In this document: positions 52,900 through 64,000 of the stretch, one piece after another
How positions within the stretch are numbered: the first letter of the stretch is position 1
Layout: each line of letters opens with the position of its first letter
Source: Paragordius varius
Taxonomy: Eukaryota > Animalia > Nematomorpha
Reading direction: 5' to 3'
Length of the DNA stretch: 64,000 bases
NCBI GenBank assembly: GCA_964247055.1
Contig: OZ176050.1
Coordinates: forward strand, 744,001 to 808,000
The notes under the pieces: model-generated
The model's input: only the letters and a program-made list of their open reading frames with translations
What the model was told of the DNA's origin: nothing
Databases searched by the model: none
Position numbers and translations under genes: made by a program

Positions 52900-55130
52900 A
52901 TGTCACCATAATTTTTTTGGGTAGCCCTATGGTAGTTCCATCATCACCCCAAATATTTTCGAGATCGGAGTATAAATGTAATTTTTATGAATTTTTTAAA
53001 TATTTAAAAAATTTATTTTATACGATTTTAAAAATAAAAATGGCTACCTAAAATCCAAATTTGATCAGGTGATGTCGCCATAATTTTTTTGGGTAGTCCT
53101 ATGGTAGTTCCATCATCACCCCAAATATTTTGGAGGATCGGACTATAAATGTAATTTTTATGAATTTTATAAATATTTAAAAAATTTATTTTATACGATT
53201 TTAAAAATAAAAATGGCTACCTAAAATCCAAATTTGATCAGGTGATGTCACCATAATTTTTTTTGGGTAGCCCTGTGGTAGTTCCATCATCACCCCAAAT
53301 ATTTTCGAGATCGGAGTATAAATGTAATTTTTATGAATTTTTTAAATATTTAAAAAATTTATTTTATACGATTTTAAAAATAAAAATGGCTACCTAAAAT
53401 CCAAATTTGATCAGGTGATGTCACCATAATTTTTTTTGGGTAGCCCTATGGTAGTTCCATCATCACCCCAAATATTGTCGAGATCGGAGTATAAATGTAA
53501 TTTTTTTGAATTTTTTAAATATTTAAAAAATTTATTTTATACGATTTTAAAAATAAAAATGGCTACCTAAAATCCAAATTTGATCAGGTGATGTCGCCAA
53601 ATTTTTTTTGGGTAGACCTATAGTAGTTCCATCATCACCCCAAATATTTTCGAGATCGGAGTATAAATGTAATTTTTATGAATTTTTTAAATATTTAAAA
53701 AATTTATTTTCTACGATTTTAAAAATAAAAATGGCTACCTAAAATCCAAATTTGATCAGGTGATGTCACCATAATTTTTTTGGGTAGCCCTATGGTAGTT
53801 CCATCATCACCCCAAATATTTTCGAGATCGGAGTATAAATGTAATTTTTATGAATTTTTTAAATATTTAAAAAATTTATTTTATACGATTTTAAAAATAA
53901 AAATGGCTACCTAAAATCGAAATTTGATCAGGTGATGTCGCCATAATTTTTTTGGGTAGTCCTATGGTAGTTCCATCATCACCCCAAATATTTTGGAGGA
54001 TCGGACTATAAATGTAATTTTTATGAATTTTTTAAATATTTAAAAAATTTATTTTATACGATTTTAAAAATAAAAATGGCTACCTAAAATCCAAATTTGA
54101 TCAGGTGATGTCACCATAATTTTTTTTGGGTAGCCCTGTGGTAGTTCCATCATCACCCCAAATATTTTCGAGATCGGAGTATAAATGTAATTTTTATGAA
54201 TTTTTTAAATATTTAAAAAATTTATTTTATACGATTTTAAAAATAAAAATGGCTACCTAAAATCCAAATTTGATCAGGTGATGTCACCATAATTTTTTTT
54301 GGGTAGCCCTATGGTAGTTCCATCATCACCCCAAATATTGTCGAGATCGGAGTATAAATGTAATTTTTTTGAATTTTTTAAATATTTAAAAAATTTATTT
54401 TCTACGATTTTAAAAATAAAAATGGCTACCTAAAATCCAAATTTGATCAGGTGATGTCACCATAATTTTTTTGGGTAGCCCTATGGTAGTTCCATCATCA
54501 CCCCAAATATTTTCGAGATCGGACTATAAATGTAATTTTTATGAATTTTTTAAATATTTAAAAAATTTATTTTATACGATTTTAAAAATAAAAATGGCTA
54601 CCTAAAATCCAAATTTGATCAGGTGATGTCGCCATAATTTTTTTGGGTAGTCCTATGGTAGTTCCATCATCACCCCAAATATTTTGGAGGATCGGACTAT
54701 AAATGTAATTTTTATGAATTTTTTAAATATTTAAAAAATTTATTTTATACGATTTTAAAAATAAAAATGGCTACCTAAAATCCAAATTTGATCAGGTGAT
54801 GTCACCATAATTTTTTTTGGGTAGCCCTGTGGTAGTTCCATCATCACCCCAAATATTTTCGAGATCGGAGTATAAATGTAATTTTTATGAATTTTTTAAA
54901 TATTTAAAAAATTTATTTTATACGATTTTAAAAATAAAAATGGCTACCTAAAATCCAAATTTGATCAGGTGATGTCACCATAATTTTTTTTGGGTAGCCC
55001 TATGGTAGTTCCATCATCACCCCAAATATTGTCGAGATCGGAGTATAAATGTAATTTTTTTGAATTTTTTAAATATTTAAAAAATTTATTTTATACGATT
55101 TTAAAAATAAAAATGGCTACCTAAAATCCA
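52900..55130. repeat. 5-mer and 4-mer duplications (863 and 691 bp)
   Basis: ccctgtgg at 53275/54138/54829, each preceded by a monomer carrying gggtagtcc and the 1-bp insertion ttttggaggatc. Confidence 0.88.
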
Positions 55131-58100
55131 AATTTGATCAGGTGATGTCGCCATAATTTTTTTTCCGTAGCCCTATGGTAGTTCCATCATCACCCCAAAT
55201 ATTTTGGGGATCGGACTATAAATGTAATTTTTATGAATTTTTTAAATATTTAAAAAATTTATTTTATACGATTTTAAAAATAAAAATGGCTACCTAAAAT
55301 CCAAATTTGATCAGGTGATGTCACCATAATTTTTTTTGGGTAGCCCTATGGTAGTTCCATCATCACCCCAAATATTTTCGAGATCGGAGTATAAATGTAA
55401 TTTTTATGAATTTTTTAAATATTTAAAAAATTTATTTTATACGATATTAAAAATAAAAATGGCTACCTAAAATCCAAATTTGATCAGGTGATGTCACCAT
55501 AATTTTTTTTGGGTAGCCCTATGGTAATTCCATCATCACCCCAAATATTGTCGAGATCGGAGTATAAATGTAATTTTTTTGAATTTTTTAAATATTTAAA
55601 AAATTTATATTATACGATTTTAAAAATAAAAATGGCTACCTAAAATCCAAATTTGATCAGGTGATGTCGCCATAATTTTTTTTGGGTAGCCCTATGGTAG
55701 TTCCATCATCACCCCAAATATTGTCGAGATCGGAGTATAAATGTATTTTTTATGAATTTTTTAAATATTTAAAAAATTTATTTTATACGATTTTAAAAAT
55801 ATAAATGGCTACCTAAAATCCAAATTTGATCAGGTGATGTCACTATAATTTTTTTTTAGTAGCCCTATGGTAGTTTCATCATCACCCCAAATATTTTGGA
55901 GATCGGAGTACAAATGTAATTTTTATGAATTTTTTAAATATTTAAAAAATTTATTTTATACGATTTTAAAAATAAAAATGGCTACCTAAAATCCAAATTT
56001 GATCAGGTGATGTCACTATAATTTTTTTTGGGTAGCCCTATAGTTCCATCATCACCCCAAATATTTTCGAGATCGGAGTATAAATGTAATTTTTATGAAT
56101 TTTTTAAATATTTAAAAAATTTATTTTATACGATTTTAAAATAAAAATGGCTACCTAAAATCCAAATTTGATCAGGTGATGTCACCATAATTTTTTTTGG
56201 GTAGCCCTATGGTAGTTCCATCATCACCCCAAATATTGTCGAGATCGGAGTATAAATGTAATTTTTTTGAATTTTTTAAATATTTAAAAAATTTATTTTA
56301 TACGATTTTAAAAATAAAAATGGCTACCTAAAATCCAAATTTGATCAGGTGATGTCGCCATAATTTTTTTTGGGTAGCCCTATGGTAGTTCCATCATCAC
56401 CCCAAATATTTTCGAGATCGGAGTATAAATGTAATTTTTATGAATTTTTTAAATATTTAAAAAATTTATTTTATACGATATTAAAAATAAAAATGGCTAC
56501 CTAAAATCCAAATTTGATCAGGTAATGTCGCCATAATTTTTTTTGGGTAGCCCTATAGTAGTTCCATCATCACCCCAAATATTTTCGAGATCGGAGTATA
56601 AATGTAATTTTTATGAATTTTTTAAATATTTAAAAAATTTATTTAATACGATTTTAAAAATAAAAATGGCTACCTAAAATCCAAATTTGATCAGGTGATG
56701 TCACTATATTTTTTTTTGGGTAGCCCTATGGTAGTTCCATCATCACCCCAAATATTGTCGAGATCGGAGTATAAATGTAATTTTTATGAATTATTTAAAT
56801 ATTTAAATAATTTATTTTATACGATTTTAAAAATAAAAATGGCTACCTAAAATCCAAATTTGATCAGGAGATGTCACCATAATTTTTTTTGGGTAGCCCT
56901 ATGGTAGTTCCATCATCACCCCAAATATTTTCGAGATCGGAGTATAAATGTAATTTTTATGAATTTTTTAAATATTTAAAAAATTGATTTTATACGATTT
57001 TAAAAATAAAAATGGCTACCTAAAATCCAAATTTGATCAGGTGATGTTACTATATTTTTTTGGGTAGCCCTATGGTAGTTCCATCATCACCCCAAATATT
57101 GTCGAGATCGGAGTATAAATGTAATTTTTTTAAATTTTTTAAATATTTAAAAAATTTATTTTATACGATTTTAAAAATAAAAATATCTACCTAAAATCCA
57201 AATTTGATCAGGTGATGTCGCCATAATTTTTTTTGTGTAGCCCTATGGTAGTTCCATCATAACCCCAAATATTTTTGAGATCGGACTTTAAATGTAATTT
57301 TTATGAATTTTTTAAAAAAAAATTTATTTTATACGATTTTAAAAATAAAAATGGCTACCTAAAATCCAAATTTGATCAGGTGATGTCACCATAATTTTTT
57401 TTGGGTAGCCCTATGGTGGTTCCATCATCACCCCAAATATTTTCGAGATCGGAGTATAAATGTAATTTTTATGAATTTTTTAAATATTTAAAAAATTTAT
57501 TTTATACGATTTTAAAAATAAAAATGGCTACCTAAAATCCAAATTTGATCAGGTGATGTCGCCATAATATTTTTTGGGTAGCCCTATGGTAGTTCCATCA
57601 TCACCCCAAATATTTTCGAGATCGGAGTATAAATGTAATTTTTATGAATTTTTTAAATATTTAAAAAATTTATTTTATACGATATTAAAAATAAAAATGG
57701 CTACCTAAAATCCAAATTTGATCAGGTGATGTCACCATAATTTTTTTGGGTAGCTCTATGGTAGTTCCATCATCACCCCAAATATTTTCGAGATCGGAGT
57801 ATAAATGTAATTTTTATGAATTTTTTAAATATTTAAAAAATTTATTTATTACGATTTTAAAAATAAAAATGGCTACCTAAAATCCAAATTTGATCAGGTG
57901 ATGTCATTATAATTTTTTTTGGGTAGCCCTATGGTAGTTCCATCATCACCCCAAATATTTTCGAGATCGGAGTATAAATGTAATTTTTATGAATTTTTTA
58001 AATATTTAAAAAATTTATTTTATACGATTTTAAAATAAAAATGGCTACCTAAAATCCAAATTTGATCAGGTGATGTCACCATAATTTTTTTTGGGTAGCC

Positions 58101-59989
58101 CTATGGTAGTTCCATCATCACCCCAAATATTGTCGAGATCGGAGTATAAATGTAATTTTTTTGAATTTTTTAAATATTTAAAAAATTTATTTAATACGAT
58201 TTTAAAAATAAAAATGGCTACCTAAAATCCAAATTTGATCAGGTGATGTCACTATATTTTTTTTTGGGTAGCCCTATGGTAGTTCCATCATCACCCCAAA
58301 TATTGTCGAGATCGGAGTATAAATGTAATTTTTTTGAATTTTTTAAATATTTAAAAAATTTATTTTATACGATTTTAAAAATAAAAATGGCTACCTAAAA
58401 TCCAAATTTGATCAGGTGATGTCACCATAATTTTTTTGGGTAGCCCTATGGTAGTTCCATCATCACCCCAAATATTTTCGAGATCGGAGTATAAATGTAA
58501 TTTTTATGAATTTTTTAAATATTTAAAAAATTTATTTAATACGATTTTAAAAATAAAAATGGCTACCTAAAATCCAAATTTGATCAGGTGATGTCACTAT
58601 ATTTTTTTTTGGGTAGCCCTATGGTAGTTCCATCATCACCCCAAATATTGTCGAGATCGGAGTATAAATGTAATTTTTATGAATTTTTTAAATATTTAAA
58701 AAATTTATTTTATACGATATTAAAAATAAAAATGGCTACCTAAAATCCAAATTTGATCAGGTGATGTCACCATAATTTTTTTGGGTAGCTCTATGGTAGT
58801 TCCATCATCACCCCAAATATTTTCGAGATCGGAGTATAAATGTAATTTTTATGAATTTTTTAAATATTTAAAAAATTTATTTATTACGATTTTAAAAATA
58901 AAAATGGCTACCTAAAATCCAAATTTGATCAGGTGATGTCATTATAATTTTTTTTGGGTAGCCCTATGGTAGTTCCATCATCACCCCAAATATTTTCGAG
59001 ATCGGAGTATAAATGTAATTTTTATGAATTTTTTAAATATTTAAAAAATTTATTTTATACGATTTTAAAATAAAAATGGCTACCTAAAATCCAAATTTGA
59101 TCAGGTGATGTCACCATAATTTTTTTTGGGTAGCCCTATGGTAGTTCCATCATCACCCCAAATATTGTCGAGATCGGAGTATAAATGTAATTTTTTTGAA
59201 TTTTTTAAATATTTAAAAAATTTATTTAATACGATTTTAAAAATAAAAATGGCTACCTAAAATCCAAATTTGATCAGGTGATGTCACTATATTTTTTTTT
59301 GGGTAGCCCTATGGTAGTTCCATCATCACCCCAAATATTGTCGAGATCGGAGTATAAATGTAATTTTTTTGAATTTTTTAAATATTTAAAAAATTTATTT
59401 TATACGATTTTAAAAATAAAAATGGCTACCTAAAATCCAAATTTGATCAGGTGATGTCACCATAATTTTTTTGGGTAGCCCTATGGTAGTTCCATCATCA
59501 CCCCAAATATTTTCGAGATCGGAGTATAAATGTAATTTTTATGAATTTTTTAAATATTTAAAAAATTTATTTAATACGATTTTAAAAATAAAAATGGCTA
59601 CCTAAAATCCAAATTTGATCAGGTGATGTCACTATATTTTTTTTTGGGTAGCCCTATGGTAGTTCCATCATCACCCCAAATATTGTCGAGATCGGAGTAT
59701 AAATGTAATTTTTATGAATTATTTAAATATTTAAATAATTTATTTTATACGATTTTAAAAATAAAAATGGCTACCTAAAATCCAAATTTGATCAGGTGAT
59801 GTCACCATAATTTTTTTTGGGTAGCCCTATGGTAGTTCCATCATCACCCCAAATATTGTCGAGATCGGAGTATAAATGTAATTTTTTTCAATTTTTTAAA
59901 TATTTAAAAAATTTATTTTATACGATTTTAAAAATAAAAATGGCTACCTATAATGCAAATTTGATCAGGTGATGTCGCGATAATTTTTT

Positions 59990-62405
59990 TTGGGTAGCCC
60001 TATGGTAGTTCCATCATAACCCCAAATATTTTGGGGATCGGACTATAAATGTAATTTTTTTGAATTTTTTAAATATTTAAAAAATTTATTTTATACGATT
60101 TTAAAAATAAAAATGGCTACCTAAAATCCAAATTTGATCAGCTGATGTCACCATAATTTTTTTGGGTAGCCCTATGGTAGTTCCATCATCACCCCAAATA
60201 TTTTCGAGATCGGAGTATAAATGTAATTTTTATGAATTTTTTAAATATTTAAAAAATTTATTTAATACGATTTTAAAAATAAAAATGGCTACCTAAAATC
60301 CAAATTTGATCAGGTGATGTCACTATATTTTTTTTTGGGTAGCCCTATGGTAGTTCCATCATCACCCCAAATATTGTCGAGATCGGAGTATAAATGTAAT
60401 TTTTTTGAATTTTTTAAATATTTAAAAAATTTATTTTATACGATTTTAAAAATAAAAATGGCTACCTAAAATCCAAATTTGATCAGGTGATGTCACCATA
60501 ATTTTTTTGGGTAGCCCTATGGTAGTTCCATCATCACCCCAAATATTTTCGAGATCGGAGTATAAATGTAATTTTTATGAATTTTTTAAATATTTAAAAA
60601 ATTTATTTAATACGATTTTAAAAATAAAAATGGCTACCTAAAATCCAAATTTGATCAGGTGATGTCACTATATTTTTTTTTGGGTAGCCCTATGGTAGTT
60701 CCATCATCACCCCAAATATTGTCGAGATTGGAGTATAAATGTAATTTTTATGAATTATTTAAATATTTAAATAATTTATTTTATACGATTTTAAAAATAA
60801 AAATGGCTACCTAAAATCCAAATTTGATCAGGTGATGTCACCATAATTTTTTTTGGGTAGCCCTATGGTAGTTCCATCATCACCCCAAATATTGTCGAGA
60901 TCGGAGTATAAATGTAATTTTTTTCAATTTTTTAAATATTTAAAAAATTTATTTTATACGATTTTAAAAATAAAAATGGCTACCTATAATGCAAATTTGA
61001 TCAGGTGATGTCGCGATAATTTTTTTTGGGTAGCCCTATGGTAGTTCCAACATCACCCCAAATATTTTCGAGATCGGAGTATAAATGTAATTTTTTTCAA
61101 TTTTTTAAATATTTAAAAAATTTATTTTATACGATTTTAAAAATAAAAATGGCTACCTAAAATCCAAATTTGATCAGGTGATGTCACTATATTTTTTTTG
61201 GGTAGCCCTATGGTAGTTCCATCATAACCCCAAATATTTTGGGGATCGGACTATAAATGTAATTTTTTTGAATTTTTTAAATATTTAAAAAATTTATTTT
61301 ATACGATTTTAAAAATAAAAATGGCTACCTAAAATCCAAATTTGATCAGCTGATGTCACCATAATTTTTTTGGGTAGCCCTATGGTAGTTCCATCATCAC
61401 CCCAAATATTTTCGAGATCGGAGTATAAATGTAATTTTTATGAATTTTTTAAATATTTAAAAAATTTATTTAATACGATTTTAAAAATAAAAATGGCTAC
61501 CTAAAATCCAAATTTGATCAGGTGATGTCACTATATTTTTTTTTGGGTAGCCCTATGGTAGTTCCATCATCACCCCAAATATTGTCGAGATCGGAGTATA
61601 AATGTAATTTTTTTGAATTTTTTAAATATTTAAAAAATTTATTTTATACGATTTTAAAAATAAAAATGGCTACCTAAAATCCAAATTTGATCAGGTGATG
61701 TCACCATAATTTTTTTGGGTAGCCCTATGGTAGTTCCATCATCACCCCAAATATTTTCGAGATCGGAGTATAAATGTAATTTTTATGAATTTTTTAAATA
61801 TTTAAAAAATTTATTTAATACGATTTTAAAAATAAAAATGGCTACCTAAAATCCAAATTTGATCAGGTGATGTCACTATATTTTTTTTTGGGTAGCCCTA
61901 TGGTAGTTCCATCATCACCCCAAATATTGTCGAGATTGGAGTATAAATGTAATTTTTATGAATTATTTAAATATTTAAATAATTTATTTTATACGATTTT
62001 AAAAATAAAAATGGCTACCTAAAATCCAAATTTGATCAGGTGATGTCACCATAATTTTTTTTGGGTAGCCCTATGGTAGTTCCATCATCACCCCAAATAT
62101 TGTCGAGATCGGAGTATAAATGTAATTTTTTTCAATTTTTTAAATATTTAAAAAATTTATTTTATACGATTTTAAAAATAAAAATGGCTACCTATAATGC
62201 AAATTTGATCAGGTGATGTCGCGATAATTTTTTTTGGGTAGCCCTATGGTAGTTCCAACATCACCCCAAATATTTTCGAGATCGGAGTATAAATGTAATT
62301 TTTTTCAATTTTTTAAATATTTAAAAAATTTATTTTATACGATTTTAAAAATAAAAATGGCTACCTAAAATCCAAATTTGATCAGGTGATGTCACTATAT
62401 TTTTT
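59990..62405. repeat. Head-to-tail 7-monomer duplication (1208 bp)
   Basis: catcataacc 60018/61226, cagctg 60142/61350, gagattgg 60729/61937, cctataatgc 60987/62195 and ttccaaca 61050/62258 are all 1208 bp apart. Confidence 0.93.
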
Positions 62406-64000
62406 TTGGGTAGCCCTATGGTAGTTCCATCATCACCCCAAATATTGTCGAGATCGGAGTATAAATGTAATTTTTTTCAATTTTTTAAATATTTAAAAAA
62501 TTTATTTTATACGATTTTAAAAATAAAAATGGCTACCTATAATGCAAATTTGATCAGGTGATGTCGCGATAATTTTTTTTGGGTAGCCCTATGGTAGTTC
62601 CATCATAACCCCAAATATTTTGGGGATCGGACTATAAATGTAATTTTTTTGAATTTTTTAAATATTTAAAAAATTTATTTTATACGATTTTAAAAATAAA
62701 AATGGCTACCTAAAATCCAAATTTGATCAGCTGATGTCACCATAATTTTTTTGGGTAGCCCTATGGTATTTCCATCATCACCCCAAATATTTTCGAGATC
62801 GGAGTATAAATGTAATTTTTATGAATTTTTTAAAAAAAAATTTATTTTATACGATTTTAAAAATAAAAATGGCTACCTAAAATCCAAATTTGATCAGGTG
62901 ATGTCACCATAATTTTTTTTGGGTAGCCCTATGGTGGTTCCATCATCACCCCAAATATTTTCGAGATCGGAGTATAAATGTAATTTTTATGAATTTTTTA
63001 AATATTTAAAAAATTTATTTTATACGATTTTAAAAATAAAAATGGCTACCTAAAATCCAAATTTGATCAGGTGATGTCGCCATAATATTTTTTGGGTAGC
63101 CCTATGGTAGTTCCATCATCACCCCAAATATTTTCGAGATCGGAGTATAAATGTAATTTTTATGAATTTTTTAAATATTTAAAAAATTTATTTAATACGA
63201 TTTTAAAAATAAAAATGGCTACCTAAAATCCAAATTTGATCAGGTGATGTCACCATAATTTTTTTTGGGTAGCCCTATGGTAGTTCCATCATCACCCCAA
63301 ATATTGTCGAGATCGGAGTATAAATGTAATTTTTTTCAATTTTTTAAATATTTAAAAAATTTATTTTATACGATTTTAAAAATAAAAATGGCTACCTATA
63401 ATGCAAATTTGATCAGGTGATGTCGCGATAATTTTTTTTGGGTAGCCCTATGGTAGTTCCAACATCACCCCAAATATTTTCGAGATCGGAGTATAAATGT
63501 AATTTTTATGAATTTTTTAAATATTTAAAAAATTTATTTTATACGATATTAAAAATAAAAATGGCTACCTAAAATCCAAATTTAATCAGGTGATGTCACC
63601 ATAATTTTTTTTGGGTAGCCCTATGGTAGTTCCATCATCACCCCAAATATTGTCGAGATCGGAGTATAAATGTAATTTTTTTGAATTTTTTAAATATTTA
63701 AAAAATTTATTTTATACGATTTTAAAAATAAAAATGGCTACCTAAAATCCAAATTTGATCAGGTGATGTCACTATATTTTTTTTTGGGTAGCCCTATGGT
63801 AGTTCCATCATCACCCCAAATATTGTCGAGATCGGAGTATAAATGTAATTTTTTTCAATTTTTTAAATATTTAAAAAATTTATTTTATACGATTTTAAAA
63901 ATAAAAATGGCTACCTATAATGCAAATTTGATCAGGTGATGTCGCGATAATTTTTTTTGGGTAGCCCTATGGTAGTTCCATCATCACCCCAAATATTGTC

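Larger units (their letters stand above)
1..64000. repeat. Tandem satellite DNA array, 173-bp monomer, about 370 copies, single orientation; continues past both window edges
   Basis: The motif tccatcatcacccc recurs at 1, 174, 503, 676, 849 and 1022 (173-bp steps where no deletion intervenes) and on to 63,978. I saw no non-monomer sequence anywhere. Monomers differ from the consensus by a few substitutions and small indels. Confidence 0.99.

Noticed and set aside
10582-62735. Single changes creating 6-bp palindromes (ggtacc, gctagc, cagctg, tcgcga) as a signal
   Set aside because: Six-base palindromes arise easily by chance, so these are too weak to add to the template-switch argument.
1-64000. 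CRISPR array
   Set aside because: The entire 173-bp unit repeats. There are no unique spacers, no leader and no cas genes.
1-64000. Hidden transposon insertion, inversion or telomeric repeat
   Set aside because: Every stretch I read matched the forward monomer. The largest insertions seen were 1-2 bp, apart from one 9-bp internal duplication.

Overview
The whole 64,000-bp window is one uninterrupted head-to-tail satellite DNA array of about 370 copies of a 173-bp, ~74% AT monomer. Copy 1 is 1-173: tccatcatcaccccaaatattttcgagatcggagtataaatgtaatttttatgaattttttaaatatttaaaaaatttattttatacgattttaaaaataaaaatggctacctaaaatccaaatttgatcaggtgatgtc[a/g]ccataattttttttgggtagccctatggtagt. I found no genes, RNA genes, transposon insertions, inversions or CRISPR spacers, and I see no evidence for a protein-coding system. 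I do not recognise the satellite family. A eukaryotic heterochromatic or (peri)centromeric origin is an inference. What is of interest is structural and evolutionary. (i) Each monomer has an AT-rich half with a perfect 24-bp palindrome and a GC-richer half with nested inverted repeats. (ii) Several recurrent variants perfect these dyads, and deletions cluster at them. (iii) There is no single higher-order repeat (HOR). The array is a patchwork of local 3- to 33-monomer duplications arranged in domains with their own diagnostic variants, plus blocks shared 13-37 kb apart. All offsets below were read by hand from diagnostic variants; block boundaries are approximate.
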